64,000 bases of DNA from contig CP110439.1 in the NCBI GenBank assembly GCA_026914245.1, positions 1,612,001 through 1,676,000 of the forward strand. Reading direction: 5' to 3'. Under the pieces are notes generated by a model. That model was not told where the DNA came from, made no database searches, and saw nothing but the letters and a program-made list of their open reading frames with translations. The DNA comes from Puccinia triticina (Eukaryota). Below are positions 21,956 through 36,022 of this stretch, piece after piece (within the stretch, counting starts at the first letter, position 1; the number at the start of each line of letters is the position of its first letter). The translations under genes were made by a program, and so were the position numbers.

Positions 21956-23149
21956 TGTGGAACTCCTAAAAGATCAGGAAAGAGCTGTGAGGGGAAATAG
22001 TCAACTACACTACTAATAATGTAGAAGAGGCTACAGGTGCTGGTGAGGCTGCCCTCTTGACTAATGCTGATGGAGAGAGGGTTACACTAAGAAAAAAAAA
22101 GGGTGTGGCTGATGATTCTCTTTGACTTAGATGACTTTAACACTTTATGAGTTTGAGGTGTATCAATCCTACTGAGTGAGAGAGGAGAAGTGAGAAGGGG
22201 AAAAGCAGAAGCTCTTGTGGAGTCACTCTGAGATGTGAAATGAGATATATGCTGGGAGATATATTTCTATGGTGATGAAAGTTTATCTAAGTGTGATGTG
22301 TAAAGGTGCTACAGAGAGTATGGGGGGAGAGGTGCATACAAAGTGTAGTGGGTGAAAAGTGCATATAAGGGTGATGTTAAAAAGGTGCTACAGAGGGGAT
22401 GTAGTAGAAAGTGCATGATCCGGAATACAACATCTAGAGGGGTGTTGATATATGTGAGAAGTACTACAGGGGGTGATACATGATGAGCACATAGTAACAA
22501 TATCTGAAGATGAGCAGTAATGATGAAGGTGCAATGACCAAGGAGTGTACATGAAAGGTAACTATGTAGAAGATGAAATAATGATGAGCATTTGATAATA
22601 ACTACAAGAGCTATGAAGGAATGTACTGCTGATATCATATGAAGGGTAAAATGAGTGATGAAGTTATGTAAGATCTGCAGTCCTATGTAGCTATGATACT
22701 AATGAATGATGTATGTACTAATGCTAAGGATATGTAAGAAGAAAATACCTGCCAAAACTATACATGCCAATAACTGCTGATCCATTTGGAAATCCTAGGT
22801 GAAATGAGTGGGTGACTAGGGGTAAAATGGGGTGTAGAATCTGAATATGAAGTAATAATGAGGTATTTATGAAGGGTTTAGGTGATATGAGGGTGATAGT
22901 ATGAACAGGAACAGGGTTACCACACCGTGAATAACGTAACTTTTCTAAAAAATAAAGAATAAAAAAAACCAGATAACGTAACTCAAGTGAGAAAAAAAGA
23001 AGGAAAAATACACCTAACGCAACTTGAAAAAGTTAGAAGAAACTTCAACGATAACGTGCTTTTTTTAGTTATGTTAACGTTACTTTGCGTTATCTATAAC
23101 GTAACCTCCCATCGTGGCTCGCGGCTAAATAATACATTGGCAGCGTGGT

Positions 23150-23895
23150 GGTGGCATTGTTGTCAAGGATACATGCAAGCAGAGTCAAGAGAAGGCTCAA
23201 GGCAGGCTGGCTGGTCGATGGTGTATAAAAGGGGGGTGCTCATGTGCTTGTCTTGTGCTTGGATAATCCCCCAGGCGTCCTCTGCCGCTGTACTTCCAGC
23301 GTGTGGTTTGTCCTCACACCCTCTGCTGTTGCACTTGCGCAGTTTGAGGGGCTAAACTTGTTGGCCCCCCTTTGCATAATGCCTTCAATGCGGCGCGCTG
23401 GCGGTCATCCTCTCACCAATTTTTAACCCTGCTAGACAGGGATGGACAGTGGGCCACGGTGTTGAGGGTAGCTGGGGTGACACAAGACTAAGAGAGATTT
23501 GAAGAGGTGTCGAGGACAAAGTCCGAGCACAGTAAGTCAAAGTAAAATCATCATTCAGTGAGGAAGGATAACAGTAAGAAGAACAACTAGACTATATACA
23601 TGTATAATATAGGCTAAGTTGTGGGTGTATAGGTTAGAAGCATACTACATAGGGAAATGCTAATACACTATCTCAACACACGGTGCATCAGCTTGCTGAT
23701 GTTAGGTGGCTGGGAGCAGGTTGTTGTAAAATTGTGTTTTTTGTTGATTTTGACATTTGTAGAGGGAAAACCCTTCATGTTTTTTTTCTGCAAGTTGTAA
23801 AGGGGAAACCCTTGATTTTTTTGTGATTTTTGGAGATTTGTAGGGGAAACCCTTGAAGTGTTTTTTTGTGATTCAGAGGCTTTAATAAACTTGGA
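23150..23895 (-). mobile_element. Helitron 5' terminal region (family shared with about 50500-51026 and 52400-52775)
   Basis: Shared sequence ends exactly at AAACTTGGA|T in all three copies, i.e. A|TC on the minus strand. Left boundary approximate. Confidence 0.6.
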
Positions 23896-24630
23896 TAAGT
23901 CCTCCTGCCTCACTCACAATGATCCATCAAAGATGGTGGATGGCAAATGTTGTGATGTGAGAGGAACAACACCGGTCTGTTGTTTCAACAGAACATCGCA
24001 TTGCATGTAGAGAAACAGGGTACTGGTTTATATACATGCAATCTAGGGGGTCTAGGTGAGCTCTAACTGCAACCCAGAAGGTGGTTACAACAGAAAAAGC
24101 CAACCTGATGTGAGAACTCCTTTGGGACAGGTGGCAGTTCTGCAAGGGGTAAATACCAGTTATAATATTTCAAAGATGTAAGAAGCTATTACAAATGTTA
24201 CAGGTGGTTTGAAAGACCTGCTGCTCTATGATACTACACAAGAGCTATCACAACAAATTTATTTATTGTTGTGGCAAACAAATGATAGAGAAAACTATGT
24301 GCAGAAGTCTCTTATCAGACCTAGATCAAAACTTGAATTCAGCGGAAAGTGGATTTTGTATGGGAAATGGAGTTGGAGTGGTTTACAGCAGCCTTGAGTC
24401 AGATAATGGAAATGAGTCTTGCATAAGATATGTTTTATATGGTTTTATATGTTTTGTGATTGAAGCAGAGAACTGATACAAGATTTCTGAAAGAACTGAT
24501 GTTATATGTGAACTATTCAAAGTGTCTTTGCCCTCTTCCTTAACCTTCAGTTAAGAGCACAATGGGTTAAGATCACTTTGACTTGTTAAGAGCACAAGTG
24601 GTGATGCTGGCTACTTGACTACAGTTGCGA

Positions 24631-26262
24631 GGAGTCAATCAGACGCAGTACATCGACAGGAAATTGCAAGAGTTTGATCTGGAGAATCTGCATCCGGCAT
24701 CCTGTCCGCTAAATCCTCGCGAATACCTAAAAAAGGCGACCCAGGCGGAACTCAAGGCCTTCCAAGAGCTGGCGGTAAACTATTGAGCGCTTGTTGGATC
24801 TCTCAACTATCTCAGTATCCTGACCAGACCGGACATAGCGTACGCGGTCAGCATGTTGTCTCAATACTTGGAATCCCCTGGAATAAAACATTATCACGCC
24901 GCGGTGCAAGTTTTTCGTTACCTGAAGGGAACCAAGGAAATAGGGCTAACATACATGAGGGGCGGTGGCAAGGCAGTACAGGTGTTCGTTGACTCAGATT
25001 GGGGAAACTGTCCCGACACCAGAAGGTCCACAACAGGCTACGTGGTACAAGTAGGAAATCACCTCATAAACTGGAAATCCACCAAACAAACCACTGTGTC
25101 GCTGTCGACAACAGAAGCCAAGTACAAAGCGTTTTCGGATCTTGGTCGGGACCTTGCTTGGATTGCGAACCTAGCCGATGAAACCCTAGTGATGCCGCAA
25201 CTCAAGCACATCAATGTCTACATTGACAACAGGGGAGCCCTAGATCTTGCAAAGAGCGAAACGTCGCAAAACGGATTTAGGACGAAACACATGTTGATTC
25301 GCCTACATTTTGTTCGAGAGCTGATTGCCATTGGACTCATCAGAGTGCTCTACGTGAAAACAACCAAGAATTCAGCCGACTTCCTGACCAAGCCGACAGG
25401 AAGGGTGACCATCAAGAAATCTCTTGTGAAACTGGCCGTAATCCAAGTCTCAGATACTGCTTCGAATCGTGCAACTCGAAGCATGGAAGGCTGTGAGAAT
25501 TCCAGCTCAGGGGAACGGGGCCATTCTCATAAATTGAGAAAGGTGCCGCGAACCAAACCAGCTGCGGAAAATGGTAAGCAAACGCGAACCACTTCTGCAG
25601 TCCAAATCAGAAGCCGCGGGAGCTGTAAAACTAAAATCATCTTTTGATCGTTATAGTTTCGGCAAACGTGAGCGGACAGATTAGGCTCAAGGAAAATCCT
25701 GGCCCACAATCACTCAAAGAGAGAATCACTGTTAGCGCCAAAGGTAAGCGACCGTAGATAACTCAAGAGATGTTCAGATAGACACTAACTTGCTATCGTT
25801 CTTTAGGCAAAACTGTTGAGAACAATCAGACCAATCAAACCGATACCACTCAAAGAGACGGAGAAACCATCGGTGAGTATCGCGTTCTTAGCCTCATTGA
25901 GCAATAACAAAAGACAGTGACTGATGCAACATTGTTCTGTAAAACAGACAACGTTGCATCACTCCTAAGTCGTTTCGCAGAGGCTATGTGAAGGAAATCC
26001 TAGGTCAACAGACAAAATCACGTGAGGAGATCTAATCCCCAAGAAGAGAATGGCGTAGAACAAGAAATTATGAAAGAATAATGTTCTGCTCTATATAAGA
26101 TCGAGTGACACATCGAATCGAGTGTTGCATCGAACTTGCTCTCGTCCCTTAAAGACAAAACTCTCAACTATTCCTTATTTCTCAGTAGAGAGCGGTCCTT
26201 GTTCCTGCTCTTAGGTAAAACTCTTTTCAATTACATTTGTCTTTTACGCACTAGTCTCAACA
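24631..26262 (+). mobile_element. Ty1/Copia 3' fragment (end of RT plus RNase H) with a probable 3' LTR at 25492-26262
   Basis: QTQYIDRKL...Y*ALVGSLNYL..TRPDIAYAVS...VDSDWG..DTRRSTTGY...STTEAKY...DNRGA...TKH...ADFLTK, with a stop at 24784. A purine-rich tract is followed by TGTGAGA...TCTCAACA. Confidence 0.85.
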
Positions 26263-29167
26263 GTCTCAAGATCTCTAAATAAAAGTTGTAGTACAAGTCT
26301 GACAAAGAAATACATCTTAGTGCTTTGAAGTTTTTCACATATTACTGTACAGAGTAAACCCCCGGGGGTCCCCGGTTTGGAATTTTTGGATCTGGGAGGA
26401 AATAAAACCCGGGAGATTCAGCCTAATTTGGCAGGATCTGACAATGAATTTCTGAATGAACAACCTCTGGGATGGTCTTGAGTCCCAAGGAGAAGCAGCC
26501 CGTGATGCCCATGTGTGGATCAAACAGAACCTTGGCAGATCATCCTTGAAGACATATGTACCCGGGAAAGAACAGCAGCGACTGTGCCAAGAGTAAAAGT
26601 GGCGGGCTGCAGGTTGGAAAACCCATCCGCTGATGAGTGATCTTTGAATGTTGTTGTCTTGTGCCATCAAGCTTGTTATGTACCTCTCCTATTTTCACAT
26701 TGTGTGAAGGGTGATGAGAGGATTCTGAAGAGGGCACTCGGACTCTGTAGCTACAGGCTGATGAGTGCTCGGACCCCATGGCTATGGGTTTATGAGTTCC
26801 ATAGTCATGGAATTACAGCTTATAAAGCCGTAATTATGGGTTTATGGCATGTCCTTAGCAGCAGGTTTGTAATGTAGGGGCCAAAAAAAAAAAAAAACTG
26901 GCTGGTCAGAAACCTTAGCCCAGATAGAACTAGAATCTACAGCCTCCAAAAGGCCCAAAACTATCATTTACATGTTGTAGTAAGCCCATATACATGGGCT
27001 TAATTTGGCCTGCGTCTCAGATTTGATTTTGCCGGCGAGGTCGTACAGTAATATGCCCCTTGCAACTGTACTTATATACTGAGGCATGAAAGATTTTGAT
27101 GGGCAACTTGATTGAGATCACACTGCTGGATATATGTGGATGAGGCTTGTAACTCTGAGTGAGATATGTGTGATGGTTAAGATTGCCTGAGTGGCATGCC
27201 AAAACTGAGGAGGGAAAATCTCCTCCTTTTATAGTAAAACTAGAGGCCAAAGCGGCTACGCCGCTGCAGGGTGTAAGCCCCCACCCCCTGCAAGCCCATT
27301 CCTTGCTGTTGGAACTTGGATTGCTCCCTCCCCCCTTTTCAAGCGGTCCCTGCCATTGAAAATTCCACTGTGAAACAATGAGCCCCTGGTGAGAGCAAAC
27401 CTCACCTTGTGACAGCTTGTGACACCCGCAATCATGATCTGGCAGAGGTCTCCCATTGACACTCATGCAGCACAAGCTCCTTTGGCCAGCCGTCCAGCCC
27501 CTTCCCCCTGCATTTACCCCTTATTTCTCCCAACTGCATCTCACCAGGGGATAAGCGGCCACTGTGTCTCTACTATTTGCAACTACTCAATCTTTTTTTT
27601 CATGTCACCAGTGTAAAGTTGTTTACCAAATTTATCATTTTCTTATGTTTTCAGAACCTGTTTGACAGCGTCAAGGGGGAATGCCCTTCAGCACATCTGC
27701 TTCCAAGGCTGAAAAGACTGAAGCTTGAGTACTAAGCCCTCATTTTTCAAATAGAGTCTACAATTAATTTAACAACAACCCCACCCATAAAAAAATGCAC
27801 ACACACCAACCATGTATTTCAATCTTAGTATCTAGTTGCCAATCACCATGTCAATTTTTATTCAATTTACATCAAGTTCACACAACAGGGATGTGTACTT
27901 ATTTCAGGGTTGAATCCAGTTACAAAGTGTCCATGTTTTATCCCTCTATCTCTATTTCTCTCTCCCTGCATATTTGAATCAGGCATGGTTGACTTACCCA
28001 AATGCTGAACAATCCACCTACATTTGCCACCATTCCTCCACAGGGAAATGCACTATCTTTTCTAACATGTGGCTTTCTATTTTACGCCATCCAAGCCGCC
28101 AAGGCTGGCATGATACCATAGGCTCCAGGGATCAAGAAAAACAAGGAAGCATAGCTCAGTTTATTGTAGCTTGACCCATAAAATATCAAGGACCCAATTA
28201 TTGGAAGGGCTTTACTGATCCTTGCAGAAAGGATCTGGCCAGTACAAATATAGTCCGAGGATGTAAATAAAATCTAAAATAAAGTGCGGGATTGTAGTTT
28301 TGTTGATAATGAAGAAACAGCTTAGGCTAAGTTGAGCTTGTACAAAAAAGTGAACTTAATTTCAAAGAGTTTGAATAACTGTCAAGAGCTGAGTGGCTCC
28401 AGGAGAGTAACTGAACTATCAATGACACACCACAATTCAGTTAAGGATCAGATTAAGCCAACAGAGAAGCACCTTGAGAAGCTGAATTGCATTACAACTG
28501 CGCAGATTCCAATGAATTTCAGTAGAGGAAGGGTCATCACCAAGTATGAATGCAGAGCTCAAGAACATTATGAAAAACAAATGCTGTCCGGTTGCATCTT
28601 GAGCTTTGGCCACCCTTGACTCCCCTCACCAATCCACTTTGTGGCTTCCTTGGGGTTCTAAAACAAACATTCTCTGGTGATCAGCAGAAATAAAATCACC
28701 CCCAATGCCCGTACATATCAATCTATTTTCCGCAGTTTGGGACCCCTTTGAGGACCTCTGGAGCAACAAAGCTTTTATATTCCAGAAGCAATTATATACT
28801 GTCAACGATTATCCAGAAAGATGTGCCTACTAAAAAAAACCTGGGAATTGATGCTCACTCTAATTTACCCAAAAACGTGTCAAACTTGCTACCCTCTCTG
28901 ACGTAGGCAGCGCTTCCAAATACGTAGTAGATATATGTATGTTGGTAGTAGGGCAGTTGGGTGGTGAAGGAAGGCTGAGACAAAAGAGGAAGGAAAAGAG
29001 GAAGCAGGGCGGGCCGGGACAGAACAGAAGCAAGAGACGGCGATTGATTAATGGAAAGAAGCGACAATGAGGGGGATCGGGCGAGTGAGGAGGGGGGGCA
29101 GATTACGAAGGAACGGGATAGGCAAGAGACGCGAGCCAAGAAAGACGATCAGGGGGAGGGGGGAGGA

Positions 29168-29368
29168 TCAGGGGTGGTGGGGATGGTCGGAAGAAGCGAC
29201 ACGGATGAGGGACTCGGAGAGCGGGTTCCTGAACCTGGTGTTAGATTCGTGGTCCATGAGCACCTGCTCGACCTTGTCGATCAGCGAGTTCCTCCAGATC
29301 TTGATGGAGAGGGCCTGTTTGGCCTTCAGCGCGGGCTGGTTGAGGCGCTGGGGCTGGTCGGATTCTTG
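29168..29368 (-). pseudogene. Last-exon fragment of an unidentified gene, fused to the PAS-kinase fragment
   Basis: Codon-biased frame QESDQPQRLNQPALKAKQALSIKIWRNSLIDKVEQVLMDHESNTRFRNPLSESLIRVASSDHPHHP*, followed by a 3'UTR-like pyrimidine tract. Confidence 0.45.
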
Positions 29369-29963
29369 TCTTTAAGATCCTGATGGATGATGTTACATTT
29401 GTGCAAGAAGGAGAAGCCGTCGACGATCTGGCCAAAGCTCCCGCGCACCTCGGAGATCGGCAGGCCATTCTGGCCATAGATCCTGCGCACCTCGGCGGTC
29501 GGCAGGCCATCGGGGGCCAGCTTGGGATGTTCAAATAGATTTTTCCTGTCCTCGAATTGGGGCATGACCAGGTAATAGCAGTCCAGTCCTCGAATTAGTC
29601 CAAGATCCCACAGATGTTTGGGTGTCCGGTTCGTTGGTGGGGTTGTGACAGAGTGCCTCCGCTGGCGTTGTCCTTTGCACAAAGCTGAATAAGGTCAGTC
29701 CGGTTAGGGATTGTTTCGACAGGCATACTGTTGCCTTTGGAGTCTCTGGCTTACATGTACTGTGTGGCCATGGGTATGATGGATGTGCGATGGTTGGCTC
29801 TCCTGAGATGGTCCACGACATGGATCTGGATCGGGACCGGACCGAGTACTTTGTGGGGCTTCCAACAGTTGGCGAGGATTCATTGTTTGATGATGTACTT
29901 GATCACCAGCGGCGAGCCAACTGGCTGTCCGTCTGCGCACTTATCCTGGGGATGTTTGACAAT
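29366..29963 (-). pseudogene. PAS-kinase (Psk1/PASK-like) kinase-domain fragment
   Basis: LVIKYIIKQ*ILANCWKPHKVLGPVPIQIHVVDHL (PASK signature), a 70-nt intron at 29685-29754, then YYLVMPQF...LF...GLP..EVR..FGQIVDGFSFLHKCNIIHQDLKDKN. Stop at 29880-29882; truncated at the catalytic loop. Confidence 0.75.
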
Positions 29964-31740
29964 CCCGTAAGCACCGGAGCCAGCGGAGGAGTGGATGAAG
30001 AATGAGTCCAAGTTGCGATATTTGGTGGTCACAGAGTATGAGCGCGGGTCAATGGTTTTTCAGGCAATTCCATTGTTGACTAAGGAGTATGGGAGGGAGG
30101 CGGTTGGAGGGGCCTTATCAAGAAGCGAGGAGAGCAGGGGTTTAGAAGTGAGCGGTTCGAGGGCGGAGGCTTCGGTGGGTGAAGTGACGGAGTAGCAAGA
30201 CATGTGTCAGGGTGGAAAAGGAGCGGTGGGTTCAGACTTGTGCATCTGCAAGGTATTGGCGAGCGGACTCGAGGGCACATAAGACAATTGTGGAGACTGA
30301 GTAATGAGCCATGGGAGGGGTGATGACGGGTGAGGCAGGCGGTGTCTCGTGGTGAGAAATGAACCAGGCGTAAATGGAGGTATAGCTGAGATGGTTGCCA
30401 CAGTGGTTGTAAGGCGCTGGGTGGGTACGGTGACGGTAGCAGTGGCTACTGGTAACAAACAAGGCATTGGCAACTTGTGGCACAGTGTGCGGTGATGTGT
30501 GCTTGTTGCAAACTCACCGGAGTGCTTATTTAAAGGAGAGAAACTTGCACAGGTATGTCCCCCCAGGGGATCCGGTTTCGTCCTACCCCCTCCCTGGGAG
30601 CCCACTAATCACTTGATTAGGGCCTTCCTGGACTACTCTAACAACCGGCCCACTTTTGCTCGTTGCTTTGGCACAGCTGGAGGGTCATCCATAGGGCCTT
30701 TGGGCCTTTGGGGATTTCAACGTGTACTGTGAGATTTGTAGGCTGTTTGTGCCATTTTGTGAGAAAAAAACACCCCAAAACTTAGATCCAAAGGTCTAGG
30801 ATTTTGTGGATTTAAGAAAGTGGGATGTGAGGGATTTTTGCTGGTGGGGATCCTTGTGAGGGATTTTTGCTGGTGCGACCACCATACAGGTGTTCATGTG
30901 GTGATGGTATCCACATGTTTGTGGTGGTGGTGCCTATATGGTGTCCACGTGGTTGTGGTGGTGGTGTCCATGTGTTGTCCACCTGGTGGTGTCCATGGAG
31001 CCTACACAATTATGGAGGTGTCCACAGGTGGAGCTATGCTGTGGTACGTGGGTGGAGCCAAACAACAACCCTGGAGGTGTCCACAGGTGGAACCATGCCG
31101 TGGGCAGAGCCAAACCACGCCACTAAATAAACTATAAATATGTCCTTGAGTCTAATTCTATACTATGTACTATCAAAATATCTCTACAGTATGTAATTAT
31201 GCTTATGAACACAGTATAATACTAGTAAATTTTGACTGAGTGCAGCTAGCCTAGTGGTTCCAGTGAGTGACTAGGGGTTAAATGACCTGTAGAATTCAAT
31301 TATGCAATAATACATTTAGAAATATGTCTCCTTCTCAATAGTAAACTGTGACTTTATGTGATTTGATACTTGAAACACATTTGGCACACCACACCGGAGA
31401 TTGTCAAAACAGCATTTTTACTGCAAATCCATCCACTTGGCTTGAGGAACTGTATCTCAAGTTTGGGAAGGAGAAAAAAACCAGAAGGTGGCTGGAGATA
31501 GGCACACTTCTGGTGACTCTTAGTGAAAATGTACAGGGTGATTACAAAAACACAGCACTGTACAGCCGGACCTTAGCACAAAAAGGCAAGGGTTTGGGGC
31601 ATAACTCTCAGGCCAAAATCACCTGTAAGGCATAAGTCCCTCCCAGAGGGAGGCCAAGTGGCTTCATGTTGTTGGGTGCAGCCCTAGCTTAACTAAGCCT
31701 TTCAAATGGAGGTTCCAGGGGACCCCGCCCAGAGTGCTCT

Positions 31741-32771
31741 CACTTCCAGCATATTTGGCTGGGTTGAAGTCATCCCAGTTTAACTGGGATGCACTCAACC
31801 AATTTAAACTTGGTTGATCTCAACCAATTAAATATAACCCCAAGGGGGGTACCTTGGATTTATATTTCATCAGTTGAGATCACCCAAGTTTGAATTGGTT
31901 GATTCAACACTGGGTAGCTACGTTACCAGTAACGGTAACGTAGCGATAACGTAACGATTGTTTTTGCGTTATTCACACCGTTACTGGTAACGGGAAACCG
32001 TTACCGTTAGGATTTTTTTTACTGTTTTTTATTTTTTCATCGATACGTTATAGATTTAATCATCAAAAAGAAAAAGTTACGATATGGTAACGAGCTATTT
32101 GTGGTCGTATGACTATGTAGGGCAAGCCCCTGCCTGCACCATAACGCTCCCACAAAGTTGTAGTAGTACCAATTCAGTCGTACTGTTGGATTTCGCAAAA
32201 TCCAACAGTACAACTGTGCAGTTGATGCTGCTCCCGAAATGTGGGGCACAAGCCCTTGCCTGCACCATGACGCCGCCGCAACACTGTACCAATTCAGTCG
32301 TACTGTTGGATTTTGCGAAATCCGACAGTACAACTGTGAGTTGATGCTGCTCCCAAAACATGGGGCACAAGCCCTTGCCGCAACGCTGTACCAATTCAGT
32401 CAAACTGTCGGATTTCGCAAAATCCAACAGTAAAACTGTGCAGTCAATGCTACGCCTGAAACGTAGGGCAAGCCCCTGCCTGCACCACAACGCTCCCGCA
32501 GGGGGCAAAACACGCTGCCGCGCGTTATGGCGGGTTAATGGCGCTACGTTACCCAGAATTTAGAAAATATCAAAAAAAAAATTGTTACGTTATGGAATGG
32601 CCGGGAATCATGTTGTTACTGATAACGGTAACGGTGGCCCGACATAACGGGCATAGTTACGATATGAAATAACGTCCAATAACGTATTGTATTGTAACTA
32701 CCCAGTGTTGGACTTGATTGCATCCCAGTTTAACTGGGATAACCTCAGCCCAGTCAATTATTCTGGCAGTG
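31741..32771. mobile_element. CACTA-like foldback MITE containing a nested insertion
   Basis: CACTTCCAGCATA.../...ATTCTGGCAGTG termini and TSD TCT. Absent from the paralog at about 12450. An uninterrupted relative lies at 47295-47509. Confidence 0.8.
31905..32710. mobile_element. TIR element with CAACACTG...CAGTGTTG termini, GTAACG subterminal repeats and about 120-bp internal tandem repeats
   Basis: TIR CAACACTGGGTAG / CTACCCAGTGTTG; imperfect TSD GTTGATT / GACTTGATT. Absent from the relative at 47295. Confidence 0.7.
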
Positions 32772-33336
32772 TCTCTGGACCGCAGGAGAGGCTTATGCAT
32801 AATTTCTGAATTCTGGCAGGTAAAGGAAGGATATTCAACCCCAAAATTGCCAAAGAATTATTCAAAGATCAGCAAAATATGTACAAAAAAACTGAATAGA
32901 CAGATTCATTGGCAGTGATTATGCGCACACTCATCCAAAATTTTGAGCAAAAAGCTCCTAAAATGATTGAATAGTCCGCTTTGAAGGTCAAACAAATCCT
33001 GAAGGATATTACATTGCTCTGAAGATCCATTTTTGGATTTTCTTATAATGTGCACAACTGAATTTCCTATCTGCAACAAAAATGCAGCACTTGGGGGGCT
33101 ACATGTGTAGGATCTGCAAATATCTGTGGGTGTGCGCACCCAGGATCCACCAGGCATCCTTAGTTTACATTTCTTCATGTTTTTTTATTTATTTTTAAAA
33201 CATTAGTACAGTGCAAATGGTTTGGATTGAGGGGATGAGACCAGTGCCAAATGAAAACTGAGGTCCAGAAGTATCTTTTGGCTCTGGGGCAGGTCAACCG
33301 TCCACAGGACCTGAGGGGGAGGCTGGCTGAGGCTTA

Positions 33337-33497
33337 GGCCCCGTTTGGCTGCTGCGTTATACAACATAAATGGCTGAATTTATGACGCGCAACCCCCGGG
33401 GGTTTCAAAGCTTTGGTGGCAACGGGGGGCAAACTTTGGGTTGCGGCGTCATAAATTCAAACATTTATGACGTATAATGTGGCAGCCAAATGGGGCC
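33337..33497. mobile_element. PIF/Harbinger (Tourist-like) MITE
   Basis: TIRs GGCCCCGTTTGGCTGC / GCAGCCAAATGGGGCC and TSD TTA. Empty site at about 13000. Confidence 0.9.
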
Positions 33498-34788
33498 TTA
33501 ATATTTTCCCTCCAGCCATTTGTGATTTCTTTCCCAGCCAAAGTTTGACATTACGCGCAAGTCTCTCCCTGTGGGAGGGGCAGCTTTGTGGCCAGCCACA
33601 GCAAGCCTCCCACCAGGGGGGACTTGTGTTAAGTTAGGGTGCAGCCAAGCTGAGAACATCAGAAACAAAATAAGAGTTGGAATAGGAGAGAGAAATTTGC
33701 ACGGTGACTGCCTCATGAATAAATTATTGCTGAACCATATGTGTACAATCAGTCATACTCACCACCAACGGATGAGCAATGCTGATTCTCTATGACAGCT
33801 AGTTCTCCAAAGGCAGCAGGGAGTCCTCCTGAGTCCTCCCATCTCAGAGAGACTGAATGTCTCAGAGAGTTCTGATACCAACATGCGGGGACTGTATTGC
33901 AAAGCTAGCTCAGGAGAGAATATAAGTCTTTTGGTTGTCTCTGTATTTACACCATCTGATCAGGAGGAAAGGAAACCTTTTGGCTCACCTAGCTCAGGAG
34001 AGAATATGTGTCAGTTGGTTCTCCGTTGACCTAGGGAAGGCGGCAATCAGGGCTATATTGGTCTGACCTTGACCAACAGCCATTCATCTCGGTTATAATG
34101 AATGTACAACTCTCGGCGATCAGATGAGATTCATCCCAGCTGGCGAGGTTGTGCAATCCCGGTCAATCAGATTACACAACCATACCAGTGGGAGAACCAT
34201 ACCGGCAGCGGTGTACGTTTGAGGTACATTTTCTGATAACGCGTATATGCTCTCAGACCACTCAGGCTAGCTAGCTTTCTGCTTTACACAAGGGGACAGC
34301 AAGTGGCATGCGGAATGAGACAAGGGAGCATCCATTTGATGGGGAATACACTTTTGCTGCAGATTGGCAACCTGCGGATGGCGAGTTGTCCTTGGGCCAG
34401 TTGGGCCCTTTAGGGATCCGGAGGACGACTGCACAAGTCGGCCCTCGGACGGACCCAAAATCGGTGGCGTCTCAGGGGCAGCGTTGGCTGCGCTGGAAGA
34501 GAGGCGGCCCAGGGACATCAGAACACACTCTGAGGTGTCCACAGAGCCGGCGCGTCCTGGAGCTGCACCAAAAAAAAAAAAAAAAAAAAAAACTGCCCCG
34601 GCGGTGTACAGTACTTATCGGCTTTCTGGTTGAGAAGTGGAAGTTGTCGTTGGTTGAATTTTATACCTACTCGCATCTGTTAAAACATATTCTCTGTTCA
34701 ACTGTGGCGTTGAAAAGCCGTATTTCCCCTAACAAATCTGAGGAGGGGCTGAGGGTCATGCGGCCGATTTGTATTTGGATTGTCTAGG

Positions 34789-35912
34789 TTATTTGTAGCT
34801 AAAAGGGAGGAGCATAGGGTCTTTGGAGCTTTTTCTAGCGCGTTTTTCGTCCTCGTCGGCCTGCTCTTGATGTTGTAGATTTTGCCGATTATTCGAGAAT
34901 TTAAAGGGAGACCACGAGTGAGGCTTGAGTTTGATAGGTTTTGACAGCGGAGGAAATGGATTTGGGGAAGAGGAGGGCGGAACGGATGGAGCGGGCGATG
35001 ATTCTGGAGGGGAAGACGACGAGAGAGGAAGGGCGGGACCGTTTGCGAGAGAGGGTGGAAAGGTCGTCCAGGACGAGACTGGTGCCAAGCGGCGGAGCCG
35101 GGCTACTCCTGCGCAGAGTCGACGGCGTCTGCGGGACCGACATCACCTGTCCAGTTCTCTTTCGTCGGATGCGACCAGCTCGAATGCAACAGCCGTATTA
35201 TAGACGGCAAAAATATCAGCTCGCTCGTCTTCAGCAATAACAATAGTGATCAATGGCTGCGAACGTGCGAAATATACAATCATCAAACATGAGTTTTGTT
35301 TTCTATCCAATGAATGACCCAAGGAAAAACAAAAGAGATGGACTGACCGAGTTAAGAGATGAAAAGCCGCAGAGCTCTTCGTCTGGCCGGCCTAAATGAC
35401 GAGTGATTGAGGCCTTATGGAGTTGATGCCTTGTGACATCTGGCAATCTTTCCTGGACGTGTGTCTTGAGCCATTCGATCAGTCACCGTATTGTGCAAAT
35501 CAAGGTAAGAGATATAGGGAGTGGTCTGGTCTCTGGGCGAGTCTGGGGCTGATTGGCGCGTTGTCGAGTCGCTCGGCGGTGGCAGTGGCTCTGAATTTTT
35601 CCGCTTCCCGCTGGTTTCTTCTATCCGCGTATTTGTTCTAGGAGATGAAGAGAGATAGGGTGGCGGGGGTCGGCTATCTTTTTTCGCTTGATGGGCGGAG
35701 GATGGTGGGCGAGACGTTCAAGGATGTAGTCGCGGTGCTTGATGAACTCAAGCCGGTCCAGTTCGTCCACATCATCGCGTCCCCAGCGCCATCGTAACGG
35801 GTCGTGATGCTCATGGCTCGTCCCACTTTTGCCAACTCCGGTTGGAACTTGGGAGTAGGATGACCGAGGGCTCCCGGGCCTGGTAACATCGGGGGCCCCT
35901 TCCTCCGGTCAT
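34789..35912 (-). pseudogene. Decayed gene of unknown function, head-to-head with the kinase
   Basis: One frame reads EHHDPLRWRWGRDDVDELDRLEFIKHRDYILERLAHHPPPIKRKK...*...*LIEWLKTHVQERLPDV...NS, then a GTCAGT..GCAG intron-like tract, then PLITIVIAEDERADIFAVYN...*...LLPFSYK*. The 5' frame is intact in the copy-1 paralog (about 13565-13680). Confidence 0.45.
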
Positions 35913-36022
35913 GTTCCGGGGGACCCTTCTGTCCACCAAATCTTTCAGGGAGCAAGCAATCCAGCAGTCTTCACATTCTCCGTCAAACGCCCACACACCT
36001 CACCACACCCTCCGCCGACCCC

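Larger units (their letters stand above)
27240..30786 (-). mobile_element. Probable non-autonomous Helitron carrying captured gene fragments
   Basis: 3' end on the minus strand: AGCGGC-GTA-GCCGCT hairpin then CTAG|T at 27240. Candidate 5' A|TC end at 30786 (AAACTTAGA|T, resembling the family terminus); this end is less certain. Confidence 0.55.

Noticed and set aside
21960..22910. Strongly strand-skewed, C-poor tract
   Set aside because: Probably a decayed repeat; no motif or boundaries I can support.
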